The notes under the pieces: model-generated
What the model was told of the DNA's origin: nothing
The model's input: only the letters and a program-made list of their open reading frames with translations
The model's database searches: none
Assembly: GCF_036321535.1 (NCBI RefSeq)
Contig: NC_087472.1
Span: forward strand, 101,372,001-101,436,000
Reading direction: 5' to 3'
From: Camelus dromedarius
Lineage: Eukaryota
DNA: 64,000 bases
Program-made: the position numbers and the translations under genes
Part shown: piece by piece, positions 49,312 through 61,369 of the stretch
Layout of the letters: every line of letters begins with the position of its first letter
How positions within the stretch are numbered: position 1 is the first letter of the stretch

Positions 49312-49750
49312 TGTGCTAATAGCACCCACCCCCTGCCCTAAACAATTCGTGTTCACCAGAACCTCAGAATGTGACCTTATTTGGAAATAGGGTCTTTGCA
49401 AATATAATTAATTAAGATAAGGCCATCTAGACCAAGGTGGGCCTTAATGCAATGACTTGTATTCTTTTAAGGAGAGGAGAGGACACAGAACAAAAGCCAT
49501 GTGGTGACGGAGGCAGAGATGGGGTGATGTGTCTGTAAACCAAGGAGCATGGAGGATTGCTGGTGACCACCAGGAAGCCAGAAAGAGGCAAAGAAGGATC
49601 CTTTCCGAGAGCCTCCAAAGTGAGCATGAGTCTGCCCACAATGTGAGCTCAGACTTCTGGCCTCCAGAACTGTGAAAGAACACATTTCTGTTATTTTTAA
49701 GCCACCTGGTTTGTAGTGTTTTGTTGCAGCAGCCACAGGAAACGAATGTA
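49312..49750 (+). mobile_element. MaLR solo LTR (MLT1C-like)
   Basis: gaacctcagaatgtgaccttatttggaaatagggtctttgcaaatataatt; cagacttctggcctccagaactgtgaaagaacacatttctgttatttttaagccacc. Confidence 0.9.
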
Positions 49751-49834
49751 TTTTCTTTCCCTGTCCACACTCTGAATCATCTGCAAACTCTTCTCTAAAT
49801 CCCACAGCAGCGAGAAGTTTCAGCATTGTGATTC

Positions 49835-49990
49835 AGTGTAGCGATTCTGAGGCCAGATTACTTGGGTTTGAATCTTGACACTACCACTCATTAGCTATGT
49901 GCCTCCTGACCTATAAAATGGGGCATAAGTGAATGAATAATGTGGAGGGTTTAGAATAGTGCCTGGAACATAGGAAATGCTATCATGTGT
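49835..49990 (+). mobile_element. MIR SINE (internally deleted)
   Basis: gattctgaggccagattacttgggtttgaatcttgacactaccactcattagctatgtg. Confidence 0.7.
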
Positions 49991-50383
49991 TTGTTAGATG
50001 AAAAAAAAAAGTCTGTTGGATGGAAATGGCCACATGGAAATGGGAATGGTTCCATAGAGGAGGAACTGGGACATAAGCTTGAACTTCAGAAATTGGGTAA
50101 GACTGGTCAGAGGCCACCCAGGTGGGAGAAACAGTGTGAGCAAAGGCTTGCTGGAGGTATAAGGGAAGGGGGTGGCAAGACTCAATGAGAGCAGGACTTC
50201 CCACCCTTCTCTCCATGGTGGTTAGCGGCGAAGCTGATAGTATTTGCATATACAATGTGTCAGTGAGGCTGCCTGCAGCTGGACCTGGAGGTCACTGACC
50301 AAGGTCCTAGGAACTGAGGTGAGGCAGTACCTTGGCACATCTGAAACCCATTCCCAGCACCTGTGGGGAGCTTGGGATTTGCA

Positions 50384-50700
50384 CAGCACTTCCCAAACTC
50401 GAATATGCATTAAAGTGCAGATTTTGACTCCATAGGTCTTGGGTGGGGCCTGAGAGTCTGCATTTCCAGCAAGCAGGGGATGCAGAGGCATATGGTCTAA
50501 GGATCACTCTTTGCCTCAAAAATCCTTGCTACTCCAAGTATGGTCCATGGACCAGCAGCATAAGTACATCCTGGGAGCTGGTTAGAAACACTGACTTTCT
50601 GGTTGCCCCCACCCCACCCCAAACCTCCTGAATCAGAATCTTCATTTTATGACTAAATCTTTAGTTGATTAATTTGCACTGTAGCCTTTGAGAAGTGCTG
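50384..50700. mobile_element. Inverted pair of MER5A-like MITEs
   Basis: Outer ends cagcacttcccaaa / tttgagaagtgctg; second copy contains ggtccatggaccagcagcataagtacatcctgggagctggttagaaa. Confidence 0.7.
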
Positions 50701-50817
50701 CCAGGGGAAGGAGGCGGCTAGCCCAGCTTGCTAAAGGTATGGGTCTAGCCATCTTGGTTCTTAGACCCAGCCACACAATGGATCCTTGTGGGCAGCTTTT
50801 AAAAATCCTGATGTCCA

Positions 50818-51020
50818 CGCACAGACATAGTAAACAATCTTATGGTTACCGGGGGAAAGAGAGTGGGAAAGGATAAATTTGGGTGTTTGAGATTTGCAAA
50901 TGTTAACCACTATATATAAAAATAGATTAAAAATTTTCTCCTGTATAGCACAGGGAACTGTATTCAACATCTTGTAATAATCATTAATGAAAAAGAATAT
51001 GCAAATGAATATATGTTAAA
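50818..51020 (+). mobile_element. Short L1 3' UTR fragment with 17-bp TSD (50801-50817 and 51021-51037), inserted in a MER5-like element (~50745-51152)
   Basis: acagacatagtaaacaatcttatggttaccggggg...ctcctgtatagcacagggaactgtattcaacatcttgtaataa; aaaaatcctgatgtcca on both sides. Confidence 0.9.
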
Positions 51021-51234
51021 AAAAATCCTGATGTCCAGATCAAAATAGTTTAGTTAAATTGAAACCTCTGCAAGTGGGGTCTTGGGAAATGAGTAGTATT
51101 TTTTAAACTTCTAGGGTGGTTTTAATGTGCACCGAGGGTTCAGAAACCACTGGGCTGGGGGAAAACCCCTAAGCAGGGCTAGAAAGAGAGACTGAGACCA
51201 TGCAGAGTTCTTACAGGGGTCAGGTCCTTTGCCA

Positions 51235-51480
51235 GCAGAGCACAGCAGTTAAAGGCGTGGACTCTGGAGCAATCAGGCCCTTCCTGGGTTCAAAACCTTC
51301 TTTGTGCCACTTCCCAGCTGTGTGATAGGCAAGGTACTTAACCGCTCTTTGCCTCCATTTCTTTACAATGGGGATGATAATAATAGTAACTATGCCACAG
51401 GGTATTTGTGAGGATTAAATGAGTTAAAATGTAAAGTACTTATTATACTGCTTGGCACATAGTCAGTGCTATGGAAATGT
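51235..51480 (+). mobile_element. MIR SINE
   Basis: gcgtggactctggagc...gtgccacttcccagctgtgtgataggcaaggtacttaaccgctc...gtgaggattaaatgagtta. Confidence 0.85.
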
Positions 51481-51711
51481 TTTTTTATTTAAATACACAT
51501 TTTATTCTTTCAGATAGGCGATCATGGAAGATTTCTTACTTTCCTATTCCCCTACCCCATCCTCGGTGCCAGGTTCTTGGGCAGCAATCACACCTCTGAT
51601 TAGGCGCTCAATAAATGTTTGAGGAATGCATGACTGAATGGTTACAATGCCCCCTTGTGTATTCAGTGGGAAGGAATAACAAAACATACAGTCGGTTCTC
51701 GATACTTGTAT

Positions 51712-51826
51712 GGGTAGTGGGACCAACTATTCCGGTTTGCCCAGGAAAGAGGTTTCCCTAGACATGTGACTTACAGTGCTAAAACTAGTGAAGTCCCAGG
51801 AAAACTGGAACAATTTGGTCGTCCCA
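51712..51826. mobile_element. MER94-like hAT-Blackjack MITE
   Basis: gggaccaactattccggtttgcccagga...agtgctaaaactagtgaagtcccaggaaaactggaacaatttggtcgtccc. Confidence 0.75.
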
Positions 51827-52084
51827 AGTATGGGCACCATCCAAATGTCCATTTCCTCAAAATATTGTTTCCAAAAGCACAAGGAGAGACTCCCAAGGCT
51901 AACTCATTTATGTGCACACAACAAAGGCAATGGCAGTTTGCTTCCTGGCTGTGGTGTGTGTTTGTGTGCACACACGTGCCTGCTTACACGTGTATACCAA
52001 CAATAATAGTAGCTGGAATGTAATAGCAGTATGACACATGATATGTGCTGTGGTGAGCAGTTTGCATGCTTAACAGGGAGCATC

Positions 52085-52310
52085 AGATGGCCTAGTTCAA
52101 ATACTGGTTATGCCACTTAATGGTTTTGTGATGTTGGGTATGTTTCTTAGCCTCTCTGTGCCTCAATTTCTCCGTCTGCAAAATGGAGATAATAATAGTA
52201 CCCACCTTTCAGAGTTGTTAGGAGAATAGATCATTTATACATGTGAAGCATTTAGCAGAATGCTGGGCACTTAATACATTTGACTGATGTTAGAGATTAT
52301 TATTATTATT
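52085..52310 (+). mobile_element. MIR SINE
   Basis: cttagcctctctgtgcctcaatttctccgtctgcaaaatggagataataatagtacccacct. Confidence 0.85.
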
Positions 52311-53029
52311 GTGATCACTATTAACACTGCCAGGCATTCTGCACCCCTCCTTTTCTCACCTCCCAATCTCTACCCTTTGCCATGAGCCCTCTGCATCCTG
52401 CCTTCTGTTTCCTCTCCCTGCTGTCTCCCTCCCCAACCAGAGGGGCCATCAACAATTTTACCCTGTTTAGATGGACAGAGCCCCCAGCCCACCCTCAGAC
52501 ACACAAACTGAACACAGCCTTATGTTTTATGCCACTACAGCATTATGAATCTGTGTTAAACTGCATTAAATGAAGATAGAAAACAAATACACCTATTTTT
52601 CTCCTTTGATTGGTAGAACAGAGCCAAGAACTAGATGGCAGTGGATGCGAATCTCAGCAAATATGTGGTAAGTTCTGTCCCTACAACCTTAAAGACAAGA
52701 TGGAGAATCATAAGCCAATCACTGTTAAAACTAAATTATTATGTTTAAAGAATAAGCAAGAGTGCTAAATAATATAGGTTTCTGGTGGAGCAGTAAGATG
52801 TTTTTTAAATCTTATCCCATTCACTATTTCTCACCCATGATTTAGATGAAAGTATAGAAGCCACACGTCAGATATGCAGGCGATTACAAAAATAACAAAT
52901 ACTTTTAATGGAGAGTAGGGATGCAAAAATACCAGGACCCTTGAAGCAGTGGGTGAAATAGAACCAGATGAAGTTAACATGGATAAATGTAAATCTTGTG
53001 TGAGAGTCCAAATAAAACCCCACTTGAAC

Positions 53030-53175
53030 ATGTATAAATTAATATATCTTATATATTATTGCATTACATATCATGTAATTAATGTATTGATTTGAGTTAT
53101 ATATTATTATATTTACATATTATATATAATTATATAATGAATAATATAATGGCATATATTACTATGTGTATGTAG
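53030..53175. repeat. AT-rich low-complexity tract
   Basis: atatattattatatttacatattatatataattatataatgaataatataat. Confidence 0.8.
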
Positions 53176-53179
53176 CTTA

Positions 53180-53830
53180 CAATTTTGCATATCCTTTAGA
53201 CCCAGAAATTCTACTTCTAGGAGTTTATCCTAAAGAAAAATTATACGTATGTGTGGGTTAAGGGAATGGTAAAGAGAGCCTTGAAATAAAGTTCAAGAAC
53301 TAATAATAATATTTAAAAATTGGAGAGCAACTTAAATATACGTCAGTGGGGATTGATAACAAAATTATGGTAAACGTAAACAAAAGAAAACGAGGCAATT
53401 CTTAAAAATTGTTCTGTCCAACAGTATTTCTCACACTGGCATCTGAAAACCTTACACATTAGAATTTGCTGGGATAGTGGTTAAGCATACAGGTTCCTAT
53501 GCCCTTCCCAGAATACTGAATGAGCATATCTGGGGAAGGATCCAGGGAAATATATTTTTAACAAACACCCTCAGATAATTATGATACAGACTTAAAATTC
53601 GAGAATTACCACATAAAAGAACATTTAATGGCATAGGAAATTGTTCATGATATAAGTGACAAAACAAGTTCCAATACAAGAGGATCTGTTTTATGTAAAA
53701 ATATTTACTTGTGTAGAAGAAATTATGGAAGGATAAAAGCCAAAATGATAACTGTGGTTAATTTGATGTTGTATGGCTTTAATAGAAAGATGGTATGCAG
53801 ATAGATGGTTCCACTTTATTCTGTACTTGT
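53180..53830 (+). mobile_element. L1ME-like fragment with a nested MER5-like MITE (~53435-53610)
   Basis: atcctttagacccagaaattctacttctaggagtttatcctaaagaaa (L1 ORF2 end); atttttaacaaacaccctcagataattatgat (MER5). Confidence 0.65.
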
Positions 53831-53874
53831 CATATAATACTTAGAATATTCCATTTGAAGAGATAAAATCTATT

Positions 53875-54500
53875 TAAATTAAAGTAGATTGGATGTAAGG
53901 ATGATGGAGAGGAGGAATCAAAGATGGATCCAAAGTTTGGAAGAATGGTGATGCATTATGGAAGTCACAAAGAGAAGCTGGTTTAGAGAAGAAAAATGAG
54001 TTGGTTTTGATCATGGCGGGTTTGAGGTACTGGTGGCACATCCAGCAGGAAATAACCAAAAGGAAGCTGGGATTCTGAATCTAGAATTCAAGAAATTGAA
54101 TGGGGCTAGAGCTGTAGATTTAAAGACAGTAGAAGTTTTAGGAATTAATCCACTCCTAAAGGAGGAAGATTGAATAGAGATAGAAGAGAAGTGGCTAAGA
54201 TCAGCTCCCTAGAGAATGCCTTTGATTAGTGGAAAGGAAGGGAAGAAAAGCCAGTAAAAGAATTAAAGAGGACATGGTCAGAAAGGTAGAGGATGAACCA
54301 GTAAGATCCAGTGTCACCAACCATCCCTCAGGGGAAAGAGTTTCGAGGAGGAGGAAAAGGTCAAAGAGGACGAAGACAAAGAGTTGGCCCCTGGACGGGA
54401 CAAATAGGTCAGTGGGGACCTTCTGCAGAGTTGTTTTGGAGAGCAATGGCATCTATAGGCAGGTGGCAAGGAATTAAGGAACAGTCAAGTGGTGATGAAG
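53875..54500 (-). mobile_element. L2 LINE fragment
   Basis: gagttggttttgatcatggcgggtttgaggtactggtggcacatccagcagg; ggtcaaagaggacgaagacaaagagttggcccctggacggg. Confidence 0.7.
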
Positions 54501-56824
54501 GCCAGGGGGCTGATGCAGTCATTGCTGCATTTTTAGGACACTTAGTGGCCTCCCTCATTGTGGAGAAATGACTCCATGGTTTTTCATACTCCTTTCAAGA
54601 TGAGGCTGGGACAATTTCCCCCAGCATTCTTTCTCCCAGAAAAACTGAACTGGAATTTGGGTTGTCCGTCTTTTCATGGAACTTTCAGTCACTCTGTGCA
54701 GTATAATTTTTTGAGCAGTAATTTATATTTTCCCTCCCTGAATTTTTCCCTTTCTTCCCTCACTCTTCTTTATTTTCCTGGTGAAGGTTTGGGGCTGAAC
54801 AAGGAGTAGAAGTTACTTACATTTTCCTTCCTGGCTTTTGTTCCTAAAAACCTGGGTCCCTCCAGAGAATTGTAATGGTGTCCTAGAGTATAGGGCAAGA
54901 GAGAGAAGATCTTGGAGGAGAACAAGTAAGATTTCCCTAAGACTAAAAAGAAATTCTTCTGGCTTGGAACAGGAAAGATGTCTGAGAGCCTGGCGAGCCA
55001 CAGGTTTCTATATTCTTCATCCTGACAGTACCAGGAGAGGAGGCCAATTTTAGACAATAAAGCTGAGGGAATTAGGACCAGGGCTAGGTGAATCCCTGTC
55101 CAGCCAGGGATTCCCCAGCCCTCAGCACAGCCAAGGACCAGCTGTCTGGGGAGCTGAAGGGGCCTCGTGGACTGAGTCTGTGGCATCTTGATGATACCAC
55201 TGTACCTCCCTGAGATCCAGAAGATCACCTTGATATCTTAGCACTGCCTGAGACCTAGAACCTTGGTACCCCAAAAGCATGGGAGAGAGCACTCAAGAAT
55301 GTCTGGGATTGAATTTCCTGCTTGGCAGGATGGGGCTGGTCTATTTACAGAAAATAAAGACATGCAGTGTTTCTTGCTCACCTGAGTTTGTGCATGGAGA
55401 TTTATGTCTGCTACACTGCAAGAAATCAGGTTCATATTCACAAGCAAGGTGAGTGCTTTCTTTACATGGGAAGAAAACCAAGATGTTGGAGTGGGGATCT
55501 CCAGATGATGTGAAACTGGTATGTAGGTAGCTGTCAGTTTGATAGGATGTGTGAAGGAGGATAGAAAACAGTGATTGCACTGTCAGAGAAAATGGATTCC
55601 AGTCCATCTCTGCTTGCACATCTTACAACTTTGGCCATAGTTCAATCCCCCGGCCTCAGTTTCCTCATATGCAAAATAAAAGCATTAGCTTAAGTGAGCA
55701 CTAAGGCTCCTCCCGCATTCTGAGACCGTTTGGCTTGACTCTCCCCTTTCTCATGGCAAACTGAATTTCTTATCTCTGAGAAATGAGGTGAATTAATCAG
55801 CCCTATTGCTGCTGAGCTGCAGTCAACTGAGCCTGGCACACATGAAAAAAGCACCAAACTGGGACAGCTTGCATTACTGAGGAGGCTACAAGTGTGTATT
55901 TTAATTTCCAGGATTTCAGATATGGTGTATGAGCCCCTGCACATTTAATTGAAGGGGGACAAAAGGTGATTAAACTACTAAGTTTGCTCTTTAAGGCTGG
56001 CCCATCCAGTGAAGATGGGTTTGTATCCTAGTCTCAGAAGGCTAATTTATCACTCCAGAGAGCAATTTCTCATTAACACAGCGTCAGTACTGCTGGGGAT
56101 TGACTAGACTACCTTTGGAAGAGGTTAAATTACCTTTTAATCAGTGTATGGAAAAACAAAGCTTCTGTTCCATCATGGCATTACCAGCCTTGCTAACTTG
56201 ACATCTTATAAAAACTAAGGCAGTTCTAACTATACCAGTGTGATATGGCCAGGATTATTTCCAGAGAGGCAGAAGACAGGAAAGGAGGGTTCCTGCAGCT
56301 GCTATCCAAACTGGCATAATTGATGTGGGTGCAGTGGGTTATAGCTAATGGTCTGTGTTTAATTATGAAGGCAGTGACACAAGGCCTCGAGGATGCTAAG
56401 GCACTAACCAGATGATGTACCACTTTCTCAGTAAAAGCTTGCTGAATAGGGTCAGTACGGTGACGAAGTGGTCTAAATTCCACGTTTCTCCTGGGATTTG
56501 GGCTTGGTCCCCGAGAGGCACAGGGCTATATTCATAAGATGTATCCAAATTCACACTGACAGGGTCTCCTGGGAAAATAGTCACACACAGGCCCCATATG
56601 AAGGTGCTTTGAAATCCACTGCTCTAGGAATTCATACCCCATTTAAATCAGGATCATTTGCATTGACACATTGATTTGTATATAAACCTCATCAGCCACA
56701 GTGGAAAGATGGGACTTTTCATCTCTTCGCATTCCTCAGAGCAATAAAAACGACAAGCCAACAATTCTTTATCCACTACCTTGAAAAAATAATGACAATA
56801 ATTCTTGTCAAACTGCATATCCTT

Positions 56825-57270
56825 TATCAACTTTTAGCAATAGAACCTTCAGGTTTTAGCTGGACACATGGCTGCCCAGCTAGAGAGTACATTTCTCAGC
56901 CTCTGTGGCAGCAAAGTGAGACCATGTGATTCAGTTTTAACCAATAAGAAGGAGCAGAAGTGATGTGTGTAACATCTGAGTTATGCTCATAAAGGAAACT
57001 GCTCATCCTTCACTTATTCTTTTCTCCTTCTTGTGGGTGGTAATGAGTTTGTGATGGGTAGTGATTCAGTTTCAGTCTTGAAGATAAGAAAGATACCTGT
57101 TGGGATAATGGAACAGTAACAGAAGAGGGACTTGAGTCCCTAGATGATCTTGGGAAGCACCGTCATCCTACCTCCATCAACTGCCCACAAACTGGGACTT
57201 TGATAGAGAACCACATCTTCCATCTTGTTTAAGCTGCTGCTATTTTGGTCTCTGTTACAATAAATGTGGT
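56825..57270 (+). mobile_element. MaLR LTR (MLT1J/I-like)
   Basis: gctggacacatggctgcccagctagagagtacatttctcagcctctgtggcagc; ccatcttgtttaagctgctgctattttggtctctgttaca. Confidence 0.75.
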
Positions 57271-57289
57271 GATTTACACGGGCAAAGCA

Positions 57290-57500
57290 CCTACAGTTTG
57301 CGAAGTGCTTTCTTTTATATATTTTATCTCTCAGCTTCACAAAGACAAGCAGGTGAAGTAGACAGGTTGGGGAGTGATCAGAGTATCTACTTGATGAGGG
57401 GGAAAACTGAGGCTCAGAGAAGCCGTACCTTTTGTCCTCAGTTATGTACCTATGCAGATACGGAGCTGCATCTTAAACCCAGGTATTCTCACTCCTACCT
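57290..57500 (-). mobile_element. MIR SINE fragment
   Basis: gaggggaaaactgaggctcagagaagccgtacc. Confidence 0.6.
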
Positions 57501-58478
57501 TAGTGTTCCTTTAACTGTAGTATTGCTTCTTGGTCCTTGAAAACCTCAACACATAGTCCTGCATGTGCATGAGAGGGAAATCTCCTTTCATTGAAACTCT
57601 TGTTGTTTTGATGGCTTAAGCATCCCTGTCTAGCTCTTCTCCTCTCCTTTCCACCTCCTGCAGACCATCCTCTCAAAAACAAAAAAAGCAAAGCCCCATA
57701 AAGCAGGGTTTTTAAAAATGGTTGATGATTTGCTTAATATGAGAACTGCCAAGGTTTGGAGGGGGGTAGTGGGAGTTGTAGTGGGAGGAGTATTTTATCA
57801 ATGACATTGTTTAGAATTGTCAGCACATGGAGTAATAAAAAGCAGAACAACTTTTAGTCAGTTTTATGATTGTTTTAAAATTCTCTACAGACAATGAACC
57901 CCTTATTACCTGTACCCCAGTTTTGCCTGTGCCTTGCATAGACCACTTCCGCCATCCCCTCAATAGTATGCCACAAAATAATAGTAATGAATGAAAGCAA
58001 AATCATAAAATGCAAAATCCAATTGACTCTTGTCTTGCTCTCTTTGACATGTATACATGTCCCGGAAATGGTTGGGGTTTTTGTACCAATTGTCACCTGT
58101 TACATTTAGAAGAGCTCCTGTAAAGAAAAGGAAAGCTTGTCTGTTTCCTTGGGTTTTTCCTACCCTCTTATCTCCATAGTTACAAAAGTTGGTTCTGTGC
58201 ATTTTTTAAAAAGTTGGCATCTTGCCCAACTCAAATTGATTATAAAGATTGGGAGGGACAGTTGAGATCTGCAGCTTGATTCTCCAGTAAGTTGGCTGTT
58301 TAGAAAGATAGCATTGACAGCCGAGACAGCCTGCAGATGGGAAGGCAAGTCTGGAGATTCCCTTGTTTATTACGGAGCTGCTGAATGACTCACTAGGTTG
58401 GGCTCTTCCTTGAAAAGGTAAGTGCCAAAGTGCCTGGGAGAAATCAGTGAAAAGATTCTTTCCTCAAAGGCTTTACAG

Positions 58479-58773
58479 TAGGGTTACTAGATTAAGTACA
58501 AGACACCAGTTAAATATGCATTTCAGATAAACAGCAAGTACTTTTTTTAGTGTAAGTGTGTCCCCTAATATTTTATGGGATATACTTACCCTGAAAACAT
58601 AGATGCTCAGTTATACTTGCATTTCAGATAAACAAGAATAATTTTTTTAGTATAAGTATGTCCCAAGAAATATTTGGGATATGCTTATATTTTAACATTA
58701 TTTCTCATTTATCTGAAATGCAGATTTTTAACATGGCATCCTATACTTTTAATTGCTAAATCTAGCAGCCCTA
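58479..58773. mobile_element. MER53 palindromic hAT MITE with an internal duplication
   Basis: TIRs tagggttactaga / tctagcagcccta; unit gcatttcagataaaca...tttttagt(g/a)taagt(g/a)tgtccc occurs twice; reverse arm tttatctgaaatgc at ~58708-58721. Confidence 0.85.
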
Positions 58774-58914
58774 CTTAAAGAAATCTAGCAAGATTTTATG
58801 AAATGTTCTCTGTCAATTCAGGGCTAGCTAACATTGTTTTTCTCAAAGGATTATGTAGGCTGTTGGTTTTATTTACTGGTTGGTTGGGGACATACAGGGG
58901 AGAAGGTCAAGGGG

Positions 58915-59070
58915 AAAGAGACTGGACTGGAAGACAGGAGACTGGAGCCTGAGTCTTGTTCTGCCAGTAAACAGCTGTGTGAAGTTGAAAAAGGCACTTC
59001 ACCTGTCTGAGCCTTAGTGTCCTAAAAGGAGAGGATTGAATAGTCCCTCTAAGGATAAAATGATTCCATA
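58915..59070 (+). mobile_element. MIR SINE fragment
   Basis: ctgccagtaaacagctgtgtgaagttgaaaaaggcacttcacctgtctgagcct. Confidence 0.6.
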
Positions 59071-59136
59071 GTCCCATGTCATTCTCCATGTTACAAATAT
59101 GATGGAATTCATTTTCCCTAGAGATGATCTAGGTTG

Positions 59137-59450
59137 GCTCTGTCCAATAGAAATAAAATGCAAGTCACATGTGTAATTTTAGCTTTTCTATTGGTCACAT
59201 TATAAAAGCAAAAGATGAAGTTAATTTTACTAATATATTTTAGTTAAGCAATTATATTAAATATCAATTATATTAAAATATCATTTACTATGTAATCAAT
59301 ATAAAATTATTAATGAGATAATTTACATCATCTCATTAATATAATGTACTAAGGTCCTCAAAATCTGGTGTGAAACCTTAAAGCACATCTCAGTTTTGAC
59401 TGGCCACATTTAAGGTACCAGTAGCCACATGTGGCTGTTGTACAGCACAG
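59137..59450. mobile_element. MER33 hAT-Charlie MITE
   Basis: ctgtccaatagaaataaaatgcaagtcacatgtgtaatttt...gactggccacatttaaggtaccagtagccacatgtggct. Confidence 0.8.
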
Positions 59451-59600
59451 GTATAGGCTAAATAAATAACTAGATAGATAACTAGATAAATAAATAAATT
59501 TTAGCCAGTTAGACAAATTCAGAAATGAGCAGTCTGTAGCAGGTTATGGAGAGAAATTAGGCTATTGGGGAATGTGTTCATAGGCTTTTTAAAATTAATG

Positions 59601-59986
59601 TACAGTTGATACTTACTATTCATGGATTCCATATTTGTGAGTTCACCTACTTGCTAAAATTTATTTGTGACCTAGATGAATACTTTTGTGGTCATTTGTG
59701 AACATGGCATGTGCACAGCGTGAAAAATCTGAGTTGTTCAATGCATACGTTCCCAGCTGAGGGTGAACAAGACGAAGCACTGCCTTCTTGTATCGGCTCT
59801 CATACTGCAAACAAGTGTCCTTTTTGTGGTCTGTTTACTGCCACATTTTTCGCATCTTTGTGCCTTTTGTGAGTGATTTCGCTGTTTCAGACAGCCCCCA
59901 AGCATAGTGCTGAGTGCTGTCTAATGCTCCTAAGTGTAAGAAGGCTGTGATGTGACCTATGGAGAAAATACGTGTGTTAGATAAAC
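59601..59986. mobile_element. MER82-like TcMar-Tigger element, one end only
   Basis: tacagttgatacttactattcatggattccatatttgtgagttcacctacttgctaaaatttatttgt; gttcccagctgagggtgaacaagacgaagcactgccttcttg. Confidence 0.75.
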
Positions 59987-60370
59987 CTGCCATTTCTCCA
60001 AGGAGCCCTAGTTCCTTTTATTAGAGAATGTGTTAGAAACCAAGATCTGGATATTAAGCTTGTTTGTTGTTACTGGGGCGTTATTCCTTTTAGGCCCTCT
60101 CAGTTGACAGAGTAAAGAAATACATGTGTGTATACTAACCCATGCATGCATACATATAAATATTTCTTTATATATCCGTATGTATCTATATTAAGCTAAA
60201 CATGAGTTCATACCGATGTCTCCAACTAATCCATTACCACCTGGATCCTTCTAGCCTTCTCCCCTTGCTGATCTGTAAATTTCCACTCCAGCAGTGAGAA
60301 CCTGGGTCCCACCATCTGCCATCCATTTACTCAATTGTTCAATTCCAGTGAACATGTATAGAAGTTCTAG
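59987..60370 (-). mobile_element. L1MC-like 3' UTR fragment
   Basis: ccatttctccaaggagccctagttccttttattagagaatg; gctaaacatgagttcataccgatgtctccaact. Confidence 0.75.
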
Positions 60371-61369
60371 CCGTACATAAATATCATAGGCTTTTATAAA
60401 ATGAATTTATTTCCATTATAAAAGTAATACATGTTTAACAAAGAAAATGTAAAACTAGATACAAATTGGGAAGGAGCATCAAAAATAGGCCTCATCAGCC
60501 AAGTACAACCTTTGCTGATATATAGCGTTCTTTCCTTTCTCAGTGGCCCTTTAATCCAGCCAAACTCTCCCCACACCCTCTAAAGCTGTTCTCTGCTGAT
60601 GTTGTCAAGTGTCCATAGGCTGTCACTTGCTACTGAAATGAGAAGAGAGCTAGCTTTCTGTGCAGGGGGCACAGGGATCCTGGGAGAATTCATGATCCTA
60701 GATGATTTAACCATAAAGTGAGCACAAAATAAGAAAAAAGTTAATGTGGCAGGTAGAACAAATAAATAAGGGAAGTGAGGAGGTGGGATGGTTTATCCAC
60801 AGGCACTGATTTAGTTAAGCAACATATAAAAACTTCTTGATGTTTTAGAACAAAACAAAACAAAAAACCAGATGCTCTCTAAGTCCATGGCCTTGTGCAT
60901 GACACTTGACCACTCTGGGGTTTAGTTTATGCAAAATGGTGATGTGAGCCCAATTGTTTCAAAAGTGTCTTCTCTGATCCTATGACCTATGAACCATTGA
61001 ATGGTAATGAGCACTTCCAGAACCCTCAGCAAAGCCTCCTGTTATGTATCTCGATCTGGCTGATAGTTGCACAGATGGGTTTACTTTGTAAAAATTCACT
61101 GAGCTGTATACTTATGATTTGTGCACTTGTCTTTATGTTTGTTTTTCTTCAATTTAAAAAGTTTACAAAAGGAAAAATGGCATGTCACCTTATCCACCCC
61201 TCTTCAAACAGGGAACCTTACATAATTTTCAAAGTCCAAGAGTCACAGAAATGGCAGAGCCCAGAGAAGGCAGCCATGAAGCCATGAGCTAGCAATGAAG
61301 AGGCCCCACAACTCCATCCCAGCTCCCACAAGGCCACCTGTCCTTCCAGGTGTAAGCATAAGATCCAGA

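Noticed and set aside
52629..52645. CTCF-like motif gaactagatggcagtg
   Set aside because: Lacks the leading CC of the core consensus; unsupportable without a PWM score or ChIP data.
58500..58690. CRISPR-like or satellite array
   Set aside because: Only two diverged units inside MER53 TIRs, with no spacer architecture, in a mammalian context.
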